NCBI GenBank assembly: GCA_035711995.1
Contig: DASTBQ010000085.1
Coordinates: 1-57,876, forward strand
Reading direction: 5' to 3'
Source: Acidimicrobiia bacterium
Lineage (GTDB): Bacteria; Actinomycetota; Acidimicrobiia; Spongiisociales; ZC4RG35
DNA: 57,876 bases
Shown here: in pieces, positions 1 to 9,960 of the stretch
Layout: every line of letters begins with the position of its first letter
How positions within the stretch are numbered: the first letter of the stretch is position 1
Translations under genes and position numbers: made by a program
Notes under the pieces: generated by a model
What the model saw: the letters and a program-made list of their open reading frames with translations, nothing else
Told to the model about the DNA's origin: nothing
Database searches by the model: none

Positions 1-1393
1 ATATTCCCTCGTCTCCCGCGAAGTGATCGCCGATTCCGTTGAGTTGGTGATGCACGCCGAACGCTTCGACGCTCTTGTGGCCATCGCAGGTTGCGACAAG
101 TCGCTCCCAGGAATGATGATGGCCGCGGCCCGGCTCGACCTGCCCTCCGTCTTCCTGTACGGGGGCTCGAGTCTTCCCGGGCACTACCAGGGGCGGGACA
201 TCTCGATAGTCGACGTTTTCGAGGGGATCGGTGCCGAGTCGGAGGGACGCATATCCCGCGAGGAGCTGGGACAGATCGAGCGTGCCGCGTGCCCCGGGGC
301 CGGCTCGTGCGCCGGGATGTTCACCGCCAACACCATGGCATCTGTAGGAGAGGCGATAGGCATCTCTCTTCCCGGCTCGGCCAGTGTCCCTGCGGTGGAT
401 CCGAGACTTCGTGACTATGCCCGTCAGTCGGGAGAAGCCGTGATGTCGTTGATCGAGGCTGGGATGACCGCCCGTCAGATCATGACCCGTCCCGCTTTCG
501 AGAATGCGATCACCACAGTGATGGCGCTCGGAGGGTCGACGAATGCGGTCCTCCACCTGATGGCAATCGCTCACGAGGCTGGGGTGGAGATCGAGCTGGA
601 AGACTTCGACAGGATCTCGCGGCGGACACCGCACGTGGGCGATCTCAAGCCGTTCGGACGTTTCCACATGGTCGATCTGGACAACGTGGGGGGAGTTCCG
701 ACCGTGCTTCGAGCTCTGCTCGACGAAGGGCTCCTTCACGGCGACGCACTCACGGTCACCGGTAAGACCATGGCCGAGAACCTCTCCGACGTGGGCCTCC
801 CCTCCAACGAAGAGGTGATACGCCCGTTCTCCACGCCCTTGGCATCCGAGGGTGGGATCGCAATCCTGCGTGGGAACCTCGCCCCGGATGGCGCTGTGGT
901 CAAGCTCGCCGGCATCGAGCTGGAGCGGAGAGAGGGTCCGGCGCGTGTGTTCGACGGGGAGCAGGATGCTCTCGCTGCGCTCTTCGCACATCAGATCGCA
1001 CCTGGTGACGTGGTCGTGATCCGCACTGAGGGTCCCAAGGGAGGTCCCGGGATGCGGGAGATGCTTCAGATCACGGCCGCGATCAAGGGCGCCGGCCTGG
1101 GCAAGGACGTCCTCCTGATCACGGACGGCCGATTCTCTGGCGGGACCACCGGATTGTGTATCGGCCACATCGCTCCCGAGTCGGAGGTCGGAGGGCCGAT
1201 CGGACTCGTCGAGGAAGGCGACATCATCAGGGTGGACGTCCCTGCGCGAACTCTCGATGTCCTCGTCGACGACGACACCCTGGCTGCGCGTCGTGCCGTC
1301 TGGAGACCGCGTGAGGCCCGTTATCCCACAGGTGCCCTGGCCAAGTACGCGCAACTGGTGGGCTCGGCGGCTGTCGGCGCCGTCACCGGGTAG
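1..1393 (+). CDS. ilvD: dihydroxy-acid dehydratase, 5' end cut by window edge
   Basis: Frame is open from nt 2, so the GTG at 23 is only the ORF-caller start. IlvD/Edd hallmarks are present: [41 protein letters not shown]. Confidence 0.9.
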   Translation, partial: YSLVSREVIADSVELVMHAERFDALVAIAGCDKSLPGMMMAAARLDLPSVFLYGGSSLPGHYQGRDISIVDVFEGIGAESEGRISREELGQIERAACPGAGSCAGMFTANTMASVGEAIGISLPGSASVPAVDPRLRDYARQSGEAVMSLIEAGMTARQIMTRPAFENAITTVMALGGSTNAVLHLMAIAHEAGVEIELEDFDRISRRTPHVGDLKPFGRFHMVDLDNVGGVPTVLRALLDEGLLHGDALTVTGKTMAENLSDVGLPSNEEVIRPFSTPLASEGGIAILRGNLAPDGAVVKLAGIELERREGPARVFDGEQDALAALFAHQIAPGDVVVIRTEGPKGGPGMREMLQITAAIKGAGLGKDVLLITDGRFSGGTTGLCIGHIAPESEVGGPIGLVEEGDIIRVDVPARTLDVLVDDDTLAARRAVWRPREARYPTGALAKYAQLVGSAAVGAVTG

Positions 1394-1406
1394 CTAACTT
1401 CCAGGG

Positions 1407-2378
1407 ATGACCCGTCCCGAGCGCAGCGATAAAGGCATCTTCGGACGGATGGCGTCCGAGGCCAGCGACAGGGTGCTCGACATCGTCGACCCCAATCTCG
1501 TGCTCGATCACGTCGACGTCGACGCGCTGATCCAACGCATCGACATGAATGGGCTTTTGGATCGGATCGACATCAACGCTCTCCTGGGGCGGGTCGATAT
1601 CAATTCGTTGATGGACCGAGTCGACATCGACGCCCTGATGGAACGGGTGAACGTCGAGGCACTGGTGGATCGCGCCGGAATCCCGGAGATCGTCGCAGAG
1701 AGTACGAGTCACCTGACGGGTTCAGCCCTCGACTTCTTCCGGCGCCCCATCGTGGGCTTGGACGAAATCATCTTCCGTGCCCTCAACCGTCTCATCGGTA
1801 GGGAGCCTGGCGAGTTCCCGCAGGGTCCTGGTGACCTGCCCGAGAGGATGGACCACCAGCATGGTGCCACGGTCGCCATCAAGACCGGTCGCTACGCAGG
1901 CCCTCTGACCCGTCTCCTTGCATTCGTGGTCGACACCGCTGTGGTGACACTTGGATTCACCCTGCTCGTCGCCGGTGTGGTGTTCGTTATCCGACTCTTC
2001 GATCCCGAGTTCGCGGTCCCGGAGCAATCCGGTCTCATCTATTCGGTGAGCCTGGTGTTGTGGTCCTTCTTCTATCTGTGGGTGAGTTACGCCTTGTTCG
2101 GCAAGACGATCGGTAAGGCGATACTCGGGGTCAGAGTCGTCAGTAGTGACGGGCACATCGTGCTCAAGGGCCGACAACCCTTCCTGCGGGTTCTGACCTA
2201 TCCGCTCAGCTTCATCGTGTTCGGTATCGGTCTGCTGGGAGTCGGCTTCAACAGACAGCGTCAGGCATGGCACGATCGCTTTGCCAATACGGCCGTCGTC
2301 TACGACTGGGGCTCACGGGCTGCCGGAATGCCAACTCCGCTCGCCGACTACCTCGCGCGCAAAGGCGCCGAGGTCTGA
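1407..2378 (+). CDS. RDD-family membrane protein with N-terminal nonapeptide repeats
   Basis: ATG at 1407. The C-terminal half has several hydrophobic helices and ends with the RDD-type signature (QAWHDRFANTAVVYD). The N-terminal part carries repeats of [VI]-[DN]-[VIM]-[DNE]-x-L-[LMIV]-x-R. Confidence 0.7.
   Translation: MTRPERSDKGIFGRMASEASDRVLDIVDPNLVLDHVDVDALIQRIDMNGLLDRIDINALLGRVDINSLMDRVDIDALMERVNVEALVDRAGIPEIVAESTSHLTGSALDFFRRPIVGLDEIIFRALNRLIGREPGEFPQGPGDLPERMDHQHGATVAIKTGRYAGPLTRLLAFVVDTAVVTLGFTLLVAGVVFVIRLFDPEFAVPEQSGLIYSVSLVLWSFFYLWVSYALFGKTIGKAILGVRVVSSDGHIVLKGRQPFLRVLTYPLSFIVFGIGLLGVGFNRQRQAWHDRFANTAVVYDWGSRAAGMPTPLADYLARKGAEV
1485..1673 (+). repeat. about seven in-frame 27-nt tandem repeats (nonapeptide VD-x-x-x-L-x-x-R) inside the RDD gene
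   Basis: Translation reads VDPNLVLDH VDVDALIQR IDMNGLLDR IDINALLGR VDINSLMDR VDIDALMER VNVEALVDR. The gtcgac/atcgac periodicity is visible in the DNA and also keeps the antisense ORF 1383..1712 open. Confidence 0.75.
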
Positions 2379-2380
2379 AC

Positions 2381-3499
2381 TCAGCTGCTCCGAAACCGGT
2401 CGGGGCTGGTGCGCTCAGGGTCAACCCCTGCAGCTCTGAGCGGATCGGGAATGCCCTGGTCGGTGACGAGAGATGCGAGTAGGGCTCCATAGGCGGGGGA
2501 GGTCTGAACCCCGATGCCGCCCAGACCGACCAGCCAGAAGAATCCAGGTGCGGTGGGATCCTCGCCTATCACGAGATCGCGGTCTGGAGAGAAGGTGCGC
2601 AGACCAGTCCATTGGGAGTTGACGGTCCTGATGTCGAGCGTGGTGGCCAGGTTGATCCGTTCGATGGCCAGTGCGACATCCTCCATGCGGGGACGGACGT
2701 CCATCGGCTCGGACTCGACCTCCTCGGCCAGCGAACAGAGGAATTGGACGCCATCTGGTCGCAGGTACCACTTCTCGTGGGTCTCGACGACCATAGGCCA
2801 CATCGATGACTGCTCACTTCCCGGCACCATGAATGCGGTGCGACGGTAAGGCTGGAGTCCAAGCGCCTCGACGTCTGCCAGCCTCGCAAGCACGTCGCCC
2901 CAGGCTCCGGCGGCGTTGACAACGACCGGGCTCGACAGTCGGCGGTTCCCGCTGGTCACCGTCCAGCCGTCATTGCTTCGTTGTATTGCGGTGACCGGTG
3001 CCGAAGTGATTATCTCCGCTCCGTTCGATCGAGCGATTCGGACGAAGGCCTGATGTAGGGCGGCGACGTCGATGTCGGCTCCGGACGGTTCGAAGAGACC
3101 ACCTCCCACCCAGTCGGATCGGATGGCGGGGACCTTCTCGATGACGCCGTCGGCGTCCAAGATCTCGTTATCAGCTCCGTTGGCACGACCCGTCTCGGCC
3201 TTTACCTCCAGGTCGGCGAGACCCGAGGTATCCGCGACGAACAGCACAGGGCGTGGCGACAAGAGTGGTGAGTCGACGGCTCCGGGCGGTGGGTCTTCGA
3301 GGAAGGGACGAGCCGCCTTCACCAGGGGCCGAGAGCCTTGAGAGCCGTAGTTCTCGACGAGCATCGCCGCCGATCGCCCTGACGTGTGATAGGCGAGGCT
3401 CGACTCCATCTCGAGAAGGACCACCGAGCCATGCGGGGCCAGGTGTGCCGCAGCGGAGATCCCAGCGAAGCCACCGCCGATTACAACGAAGTCGGTCAC
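2381..3499 (-). CDS. FAD-dependent oxidoreductase (DAO / glycine-D-amino-acid oxidase-like)
   Basis: GTG at 3499 places the dinucleotide fold VTDFVVIGGGFAGISAA at the N-terminus and forms a GTGA overlap with the stop of the upstream gene (3496-3498). The ORF-track start at 3619 would overlap that gene by about 120 nt. Confidence 0.8.
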   Translation of the reverse strand: MTDFVVIGGGFAGISAAAHLAPHGSVVLLEMESSLAYHTSGRSAAMLVENYGSQGSRPLVKAARPFLEDPPPGAVDSPLLSPRPVLFVADTSGLADLEVKAETGRANGADNEILDADGVIEKVPAIRSDWVGGGLFEPSGADIDVAALHQAFVRIARSNGAEIITSAPVTAIQRSNDGWTVTSGNRRLSSPVVVNAAGAWGDVLARLADVEALGLQPYRRTAFMVPGSEQSSMWPMVVETHEKWYLRPDGVQFLCSLAEEVESEPMDVRPRMEDVALAIERINLATTLDIRTVNSQWTGLRTFSPDRDLVIGEDPTAPGFFWLVGLGGIGVQTSPAYGALLASLVTDQGIPDPLRAAGVDPERTSPDRFRSS

Positions 3500-4467
3500 G
3501 GGTTGACGATGATCCTTCCGATCGCCTTGCGATCGGCCACCCAATGCAGTGCCTCGGCTCCTTCGTCGAGCGGAAATCTGCGTTGAATGAGCGGAGAGAT
3601 CTCGCCGTTCGCCGCCCAATCGACGATCTTGCGAAAGTTGGAGGCGTGTTTCTCGGGTTCCTCCTGGGTGAAACGGCCCCAGAAGACTCCGACCAGCGAG
3701 TTGCCTTTCAGTAGCGGCAAGTTGAGCGGAATGGTCGGGATCGTGCCGGTGGCGAAACCGATGACCAGCAGTCGTCCGTTCCAGGCCGTCGAGCGGAGCA
3801 CCTGCTCGGTGAGGTCGCCACCGACCGGGTCGTACACGACGTCTACACCTTTGCCTTCGGTCAGTGCGCTAATGGCTTCCCGGATCGGCATCTCGTCATA
3901 TCGGATGACTTCACTTGCACCGGCGCCCCGGGCAGCTTCGGCTTTCTCGTCGGAGGAGACTGCGGCGATCACACGTGCCCCGAGGATCGCTCCGATCTGC
4001 ACCGCTGCCATCCCGACGCCACCCGAGGCGCCTAGAACGAGCAGGGACTCGCCCTCCTCCAGGCCGCCCCTGTCGACCAGGGCGTGATATGAAGTCCCGT
4101 AGCCTCCGGGCAGGGTGCTGCCAACGTCGCTCGGAACCCCAGCGGGCAATTTGGCCGCATTGTTTGCGGTCACAACTGCCCGCTCAGCCAGCCCACCACT
4201 GGAGGTGAATCCACAGATCCGGTCGCCTGGCGAGAACCCGGCTGCCTGGTTCGAAACCATCACCGTGCCAGCCAGTTCGTAGCCTGGGGCGAACGGCGGC
4301 TCGGGCCGGATCTGATACTGACCTTTGACCATGAGAGTGTCGGCGAAGTTCACGGTGACGGCCTCGACCTTGACCAGTATCTCGCCTGGGTCAGGGGATG
4401 GGTCCGGCAGCTCGCCGACTCGCAGCGATTCGATGCCGCCGTAGTCGTCACATATCAGTGCTCGCAT
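3496..4467 (-). CDS. NADPH:quinone oxidoreductase / zinc-type alcohol dehydrogenase superfamily (MDR)
   Basis: MRALICDDYGG..L.VGELPDP.P.PGEILVKVEAVTVNFAD and the LVLGASGGVGMAAVQIG Rossmann motif are typical of Qor-like MDR enzymes. Confidence 0.85.
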   Translation of the reverse strand: MRALICDDYGGIESLRVGELPDPSPDPGEILVKVEAVTVNFADTLMVKGQYQIRPEPPFAPGYELAGTVMVSNQAAGFSPGDRICGFTSSGGLAERAVVTANNAAKLPAGVPSDVGSTLPGGYGTSYHALVDRGGLEEGESLLVLGASGGVGMAAVQIGAILGARVIAAVSSDEKAEAARGAGASEVIRYDEMPIREAISALTEGKGVDVVYDPVGGDLTEQVLRSTAWNGRLLVIGFATGTIPTIPLNLPLLKGNSLVGVFWGRFTQEEPEKHASNFRKIVDWAANGEISPLIQRRFPLDEGAEALHWVADRKAIGRIIVNP

Positions 4468-4518
4468 CTTCGCAGACTATGACGGACGACTTCGATCTGC
4501 TTCTGACACAATCGTGAT

Positions 4519-5181
4519 GTGCCGATCGAGCCCCTTCCCTCGCGCTTCGACCTACCCGACCCTCGCACGGCAGACGGTGAGGTGGTGGCCGTGGGTGGAG
4601 ACCTCGCTCCCGGTACGATCCTCCAGGCGTACCGCCGTGGAATGTTCCCGATGGAGTTGCCAGACGGGCACCTCGCCTGGTGGTCGCCGGTCGACCGGGC
4701 GATCATTCCGCTGGGTGGTTTGCGTATCAGTCGCTCACTGCGCCAGTCGACCCGCCGTTTCGACCTAACCGTCGACCAAGACTTTCCGGCAGTTCTCGAC
4801 CAGTGCGCCCAAGTGGACAGGCCAAGCGGATGGATCACGGACGAATTCAAAGAGGCATACACCATCCTCCATCAACTGGGCTGGGCTCACTCGATCGAAG
4901 TGTGGGATAGAACCGGTGACCTGATGGGCGGGCTCTACGGAGTTGCCATCGGAGGCTTCTTCGCTGGGGAGAGCATGTTCCACCTGGCCCGCGACGCATC
5001 GAAGGTCGCCCTCGTCCACCTGATGGTGGTGATGAGTGATGGTGGCAGTCTCGTCGACGTCCAGTGGCAGACACCACACCTGGAGTCGATGGGAGCGATC
5101 GTCATAGGTAGGGATGAGTATCTGGATCGACTTCCGGTTGCACTCGATACGGCGGGACCTCACGTGTTTCGGGCTGGTTAG
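4519..5181 (+). CDS. aat: leucyl/phenylalanyl-tRNA--protein transferase
   Basis: ILQAYRRGMFPM, WWSP..RAIIPL, GGLYGVAIGGFFAGESMFH and the 220-aa size match L/F-transferase. Confidence 0.85.
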   Translation: MPIEPLPSRFDLPDPRTADGEVVAVGGDLAPGTILQAYRRGMFPMELPDGHLAWWSPVDRAIIPLGGLRISRSLRQSTRRFDLTVDQDFPAVLDQCAQVDRPSGWITDEFKEAYTILHQLGWAHSIEVWDRTGDLMGGLYGVAIGGFFAGESMFHLARDASKVALVHLMVVMSDGGSLVDVQWQTPHLESMGAIVIGRDEYLDRLPVALDTAGPHVFRAG

Positions 5182-5207
5182 AGTCGCCATGTGGTTCTGG
5201 GAGACAG

Positions 5208-6065
5208 GTGCCGCCAAGTGTCATAGCGGGTATCGACCTGACCGCAATGGGACGACGAGTAGCCGACCGGGCCAGGATCGTCGCCGAGAGCTCGGGGGCA
5301 GACCTGGCGTTGGTCCACGTCCTCGAAGCAGTCGGAGAGGCCATGATCCAACCATCGCTCGCCCGACTCATGCAGGAGCATCAGCGGGCCGAGGCGGGGC
5401 GCGTATCCGAATGGGTCGCGAAACGCACCACAGCCCGAGTAGATCTCGAGGTGATCAAAGGTTCCCCGGCTTGGGAGCTGGTGGCCCGGGCCAAGAAGGC
5501 CGATCTCGTGGTGTTGGGTTCTTCCACGGTCGACGCCTTCGCCGGTGGACCGGTGTCGCTGCGTGTCGCCCGGATGGCCACGAGCGACGTCTTGATCGTG
5601 CGTAGGCAACCACGGGCCCCCTATCGCAAGGTGATAGCCGCCGTCGACTTCTCGGAGGCTTCACGCAAGGCGGTGGAGAGGGCTCTCGAGGTGTTCCCCG
5701 AGGCAGAGCTCACCGTCATGTACTCGCTTCCGTCCCGCTTCGACCCCATCCTGTCCGAGGCCGGGCTGTTCGACGAAGAAGTAGATGCATCGCGGCGGAC
5801 CCGCATGGAGACAGCTCAGGATCGGATGCTGGAGTTCACACAGTCGTGGAATGGCCGGGTCAAACATCTGGTCACCGATGGTCCCCCCAACGAGAACATC
5901 GACGAAGCCGTGAGACGACGTAGTGCCGACTTGGTGGTGGTGGGCAGTCGCGGCGCATCGGCTACCCGTATGGTTCTGCTCGGCACGGTGCCCGAGGCCC
6001 TCGTCGGTCATGGCCCGTGCGACGTCTACATCGCCCGGTTCCCATCGACCTTCCGGAGACCGTAG
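5208..6065 (+). CDS. universal stress protein, tandem USP domains
   Basis: Two USP-like halves each end in a ...DL(V)V(L/V)GS(R)G... ATP-binding-like motif (ADLVVLGSSTVD and ADLVVVGSRGASA). Confidence 0.8.
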   Translation: MPPSVIAGIDLTAMGRRVADRARIVAESSGADLALVHVLEAVGEAMIQPSLARLMQEHQRAEAGRVSEWVAKRTTARVDLEVIKGSPAWELVARAKKADLVVLGSSTVDAFAGGPVSLRVARMATSDVLIVRRQPRAPYRKVIAAVDFSEASRKAVERALEVFPEAELTVMYSLPSRFDPILSEAGLFDEEVDASRRTRMETAQDRMLEFTQSWNGRVKHLVTDGPPNENIDEAVRRRSADLVVVGSRGASATRMVLLGTVPEALVGHGPCDVYIARFPSTFRRP

Positions 6066-6132
6066 ACGTCGTTTCCATCCTGGCCCCAACCCACCCCGAT
6101 GTTACGTGGCCTAAAGAAGGATCGGTTTGGAG

Positions 6133-6999
6133 CTATCCGGCGTTGGCTAGGGCTTGCTTGACGGCACGTGCTATGTAGACCTTGGCAAGGTGGGCCTTGT
6201 ATTCCTCGGATCCGTAGAGGTCTTCGAGGACCGTGATCCCATCGACCGCCTTCTCGGCTGCCGCCTTCACCGCGTCATCTGAACCGTCGGTCCCGATCAG
6301 TGCTTGGGCGACACCTTCGGCCAACTGTGGCTTCGTGCCGACCCCGGTGACGGCGATACGTGCCGCCTCGATCGAGCCGTTCGACTTCTTGACCCATGCT
6401 CCTGCCCCGGCGACCGCATAGTCGGAGCGACCGCCCCGGCGTCCCAACTTGTCGTAGGCCGATCCCTCACCCGCTCCTGTCTTGGGGATACGGATCGAGG
6501 TCAATATCTCGTTCGGCTCGAGAGCCGACGTCAACGAGTCGACGAAGAAGTCCGCGGCATCGATCTCCCGGGTGCCGCTGGCAGAGCCGACCACCATTAC
6601 GGCCCCACAGGCGAGAGCCCCGGCCGGTTGATCGGCGGCGACATCGGCGTGCGCCAGGGCACCGCAGGTGGTGCCTCTGTTCCGCACCTGGACATCTCCG
6701 GTGAGCGCGGCAGCCATCGCCAGCGCTTCGGCGTTGGCCTTGACCACGTCACTCGACGCGGTGGTGGCGTGTCTCACCAAGGCTCCGATCTCGATGTGGT
6801 CACCGCTGTCGTCGATCTGGTCGAGACCGCCGATGCGTCCGATGTCGACCACGAGGCCGGGGGAAAAGAGCCTCATCTTCATCAGCGGGATGAGACTCAT
6901 ACCACCAGCCATCACCTTGGAGTCGTCGCCGAGGGCGCTGTATGCCTCGTCGAGTGACGAGGGCGCCACGTAATCGAAGGTTCGTGGGTACATGGTCAA
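6133..6999 (-). CDS. molybdo-dehydrogenase FAD-binding medium subunit (CoxM/CutM-like)
   Basis: FDYVAPSSLDEAYSAL..KVMAGGMSLIPLMK is the FAD_binding_5 pattern, followed by a CO_deh_flav_C-like tail. It overlaps the large-subunit stop by 4 nt. Confidence 0.85.
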   Translation of the reverse strand: MTMYPRTFDYVAPSSLDEAYSALGDDSKVMAGGMSLIPLMKMRLFSPGLVVDIGRIGGLDQIDDSGDHIEIGALVRHATTASSDVVKANAEALAMAAALTGDVQVRNRGTTCGALAHADVAADQPAGALACGAVMVVGSASGTREIDAADFFVDSLTSALEPNEILTSIRIPKTGAGEGSAYDKLGRRGGRSDYAVAGAGAWVKKSNGSIEAARIAVTGVGTKPQLAEGVAQALIGTDGSDDAVKAAAEKAVDGITVLEDLYGSEEYKAHLAKVYIARAVKQALANAG

Positions 7000-9374
7000 C
7001 CCCTCGCTTCCTGGATCGCGGCCCAGACCCGTCTCGGTCTGAGCGGCATGTCTATGTGTTTCACACCCAGCGGCTCGAGCGCATCGACAACCGCGTTGAC
7101 GATTGTCTGCGCCGACCCGATCGTGCCCGCCTCGCCGATGCCCTTGGCGCCGAGGCTGTTGCAGAACGTCGGCGTGACGGTGTTGTTCAGCGAGAAGAAG
7201 GGCACGTCGGACGCGGTGGGGATCGGATAGTCGAGTAGGGAACCCGTCAGCAAGTTGCCGTCGGCGTCATAGATCGCCTCCTCGAACATCGCCTGACCGA
7301 TCCCTTGCACGACCCCGCCATGCACTTGCCCGGCGACGATCATCGGGTTCACGACGTTCCCGCAGTCGTCAACGGTGAAGTACTTGAGGATCTTGACATC
7401 GCCTGTGTCCGGGTCGACCTCGACCATCGCCAGATGAGCGCCGAAGGGCCACGTGGCGTTGGGCGGGTCGAAGATCACGTGTGACTCCAGACCCCCCTCG
7501 AGCGAACTCTCGCCGAGTCGATGAGGCAGGTAGGCGGCGGCTGCGATGTCGTCCCACGCCACAGCGCTGTCCGGAGATCCGGTGACGTGCCCACCGGCTT
7601 CGTCGAGTTCGATGTCGTCCGCCGACGCCTCGAGGAGGTGAGCGGCGATCTTGCGGGCCTTGTCAGCCACACGCTCGGCAGCGGTAAACGTGGCGCCACC
7701 GTCGACGGCGAGGGAACGACTCCCGAATGTGCCGGCCCCCATCGGAGACTCCTCAGTGTCCCCGTGGATCACCCGGATCTTGCCGACTGGGATCCCCAGC
7801 CGATCCGACACGATCTGGGCCCATGTGGTCTGGTGTCCCTGGCCACTGGGCCCGGTGCCGGTCACGACGGTCACTGAAGCGTCGGGGTTCACCCTGACGA
7901 GTCCCGTCCCATAGAACCCGGCTGGCAGCCCGTAGGTGGACCACGAGAACCCGAGCTCTGACAGGGCGGTCGGGGCGAAACCACACACCTCGCAGTATGC
8001 AGACACTCCGATCCCCAGGTAGCGGCCCTCTTCGCGGGCTCTGTCGCGTTCTGCCTTGAGTCCCTCGTAGTCCGCCACCTCGGCGAGCTTGTCGAGATTT
8101 GTCCCGTAGTCGCCGGTGTCGATGGTGAATCCGATTGGAGAGGTCGCTCCCTCGTAGAACTGTGGGATGAACGCCTTCTTGCGCACTTCGAACGGGTCGG
8201 CCCCGATCTCACGGCAATAGGCGTCGATCACCCGCTCCAAGTAATAGGCCGCTTCGGGTCGGCCGGCTCCCCTATAGGCGTCGGTGGTCATTGTGTTGGT
8301 GAACACACACGTCGCCTTCCAGTGGGTCGGGAACGTGTACTGGCCCGATCCGACGAACAAGCCGAGGAAGGGGATCGCTGCTGTGAAGTTCTGCTCGTAG
8401 GCTCCCATGTCGGCGATGGCGTCGAGCTCGTATCCGAGGATCTCGCCGTCCTTGGTGCCGGTGAGCGTCGCCGTCGCGGTCCAACCGCGGCCCTGGATCG
8501 AGGAGCTGGGAGCCTCCCGTCTCGTCTCGGTCCATTTCACCGGCCGTCCCAGCCTCTGGGCGGCGAAGCACACCAGGATCTCATCGTTGTAGATGTTGAG
8601 TTTCACTCCGAAGCCGCCGCCGACCTCCGGAGCGGTCACATGAACCTGGTTGGCGTCGAGGTTGAATGTTGTCTTGATCGCACCCATGAGAGCGTGCGCC
8701 ACCTGGGTGCTGGAGTGAACCCGGAATCGCTGGTAGCCGGCGTTCCATTCTGCGACAACGGATCTGGGCTCGATGGGCACCGGGATCAGCCGCTGGTTGA
8801 CGGCTTCGATCGTCACGCTGACGGTGTCGTCACGAGCCTTTGCGTCGGCAATGGTCTGCTTGGTCGCGGCAATTCCTTCCTCGTCACCCCACGGACCCGC
8901 TTCCCAGGTGACGACGACGTTCGTCTCGAGGTCGTCGTGGACAAGGGCTGCGTCGGCCGCGGCTTCTTTGAGATCGATCACCGCAGGTAGCGGGTCGTAA
9001 TCGACCTCGACGAGTTCCGCTGCGTCCCTGGCCTGGGTGGTCGTCTCAGCAATGACCATTGCCACGGCTTCACCGGCGTGGTTTACCTCGCCATTGGCGA
9101 GAAGGGGTCTCCCCCTCACGACAACCACCTGGGCGATGAGATTGCCGAGATGGGCTACGTCATCGTTGGTGTAGACCGCGACCACCCCGTCAGCAGTCTG
9201 AGCAGCCGACGTATCGATCGAATTGATCTTGGCGTGGGCGTAAGGGCTGCGAACGAAGGCCACATACGCGGTGCCGTGGGGCGTGATGTCGTCGACATAG
9301 TTGCCGAGGCCTTGAATCAGGGCCGGATCTTCACGTCGCCTGACTGAACCGCCGAGAGCGCTCTTGGTAGCCAT
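6996..9374 (-). CDS. molybdopterin-binding large subunit, form-II CoxL-like (aldehyde oxidase/xanthine dehydrogenase family)
   Basis: 792 aa. The N-terminal R.ED..L..G.G.Y.DD motif is present. The active-site loop reads TDAYRGAGRPE (form-II AYRGAGR), not the form-I AYxCSFR. Confidence 0.9.
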   Translation of the reverse strand: MATKSALGGSVRRREDPALIQGLGNYVDDITPHGTAYVAFVRSPYAHAKINSIDTSAAQTADGVVAVYTNDDVAHLGNLIAQVVVVRGRPLLANGEVNHAGEAVAMVIAETTTQARDAAELVEVDYDPLPAVIDLKEAAADAALVHDDLETNVVVTWEAGPWGDEEGIAATKQTIADAKARDDTVSVTIEAVNQRLIPVPIEPRSVVAEWNAGYQRFRVHSSTQVAHALMGAIKTTFNLDANQVHVTAPEVGGGFGVKLNIYNDEILVCFAAQRLGRPVKWTETRREAPSSSIQGRGWTATATLTGTKDGEILGYELDAIADMGAYEQNFTAAIPFLGLFVGSGQYTFPTHWKATCVFTNTMTTDAYRGAGRPEAAYYLERVIDAYCREIGADPFEVRKKAFIPQFYEGATSPIGFTIDTGDYGTNLDKLAEVADYEGLKAERDRAREEGRYLGIGVSAYCEVCGFAPTALSELGFSWSTYGLPAGFYGTGLVRVNPDASVTVVTGTGPSGQGHQTTWAQIVSDRLGIPVGKIRVIHGDTEESPMGAGTFGSRSLAVDGGATFTAAERVADKARKIAAHLLEASADDIELDEAGGHVTGSPDSAVAWDDIAAAAYLPHRLGESSLEGGLESHVIFDPPNATWPFGAHLAMVEVDPDTGDVKILKYFTVDDCGNVVNPMIVAGQVHGGVVQGIGQAMFEEAIYDADGNLLTGSLLDYPIPTASDVPFFSLNNTVTPTFCNSLGAKGIGEAGTIGSAQTIVNAVVDALEPLGVKHIDMPLRPRRVWAAIQEARG

Positions 9375-9889
9375 TACTCGCCTCCCTCCCAGTCAGGGGG
9401 TGGAGGCTCGACACCACGCATCTTGGCCCCGGCGTACTCGATGGCCCTCACGATGTTGTGGTATCCCGTGCAACGACAGAGGTTGCCCTCGATCCCATGC
9501 CTGATCTCGTCTTCTGTCGGATCGTTGTTCGAATCGAGAAGGGCCGACGCCGACATGATCATTCCGGGTGTACAGAATCCGCACTGGAGACCGTGCCGCT
9601 CCCAGAACCCTTCCTGAACCGGATGGAGTTCGCCGTTGTTCGCCATCCCTTCGATGGTCTTGATCTCGGTGCCGTCGGCCTGGACTGCAAGCATCGTGCA
9701 CGACTTCACAGCTTTGCCGTCGACGTGGACGGTGCAGGCCCCGCAGTACCCGGTCTCACATCCGACATGGGTACCGGTCAGACGGAGGTTCTCCCGGATG
9801 AAGTGGACGAGGAGTGTTCTCGGCTCGACATCGGCTGAGACGTTCCGCCCGTTCACGGTCATGGACACTTCCATCGCGAGCCCTTTCAC
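9374..9889 (-). CDS. (2Fe-2S)-binding small subunit (CoxS-like)
   Basis: Two cluster motifs are present: [12 protein letters not shown] and CGFCTPG...CRCTGY. The start is uncertain: GTG at 9889, ATG at 9874 or ATG at 9862. Confidence 0.85.
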   Translation of the reverse strand: MKGLAMEVSMTVNGRNVSADVEPRTLLVHFIRENLRLTGTHVGCETGYCGACTVHVDGKAVKSCTMLAVQADGTEIKTIEGMANNGELHPVQEGFWERHGLQCGFCTPGMIMSASALLDSNNDPTEDEIRHGIEGNLCRCTGYHNIVRAIEYAGAKMRGVEPPPPDWEGGE

Positions 9890-9960
9890 TTGCTGACCAG
9901 TCCCCCCGAAGATATCAAAGGGGTAGGTGAGGTGTCGCCGAAAGCGATCTTCTCCCGGGG

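Noticed and set aside
1383-1712. 109-aa antisense ORF across the RDD repeat region
   Set aside because: It is kept open only by the 27-nt repeat periodicity, and its translation mirrors the repeat (VDVD...HQ). The sense frame continues into a bona fide RDD domain.
3500-3619. Upstream extension of the FAD oxidoreductase ORF
   Set aside because: It overlaps the 3' end of the quinone oxidoreductase gene. The Rossmann GxGxxG motif sits directly after the GTG at 3499, which also forms a GTGA coupling overlap.
9903-9926. Short palindromic stretch ccccccgaagatatcaaagggg upstream of the cox operon
   Set aside because: It has only a 4-bp G/C stem plus a GATATC core. That is too weak to call a terminator or an operator.
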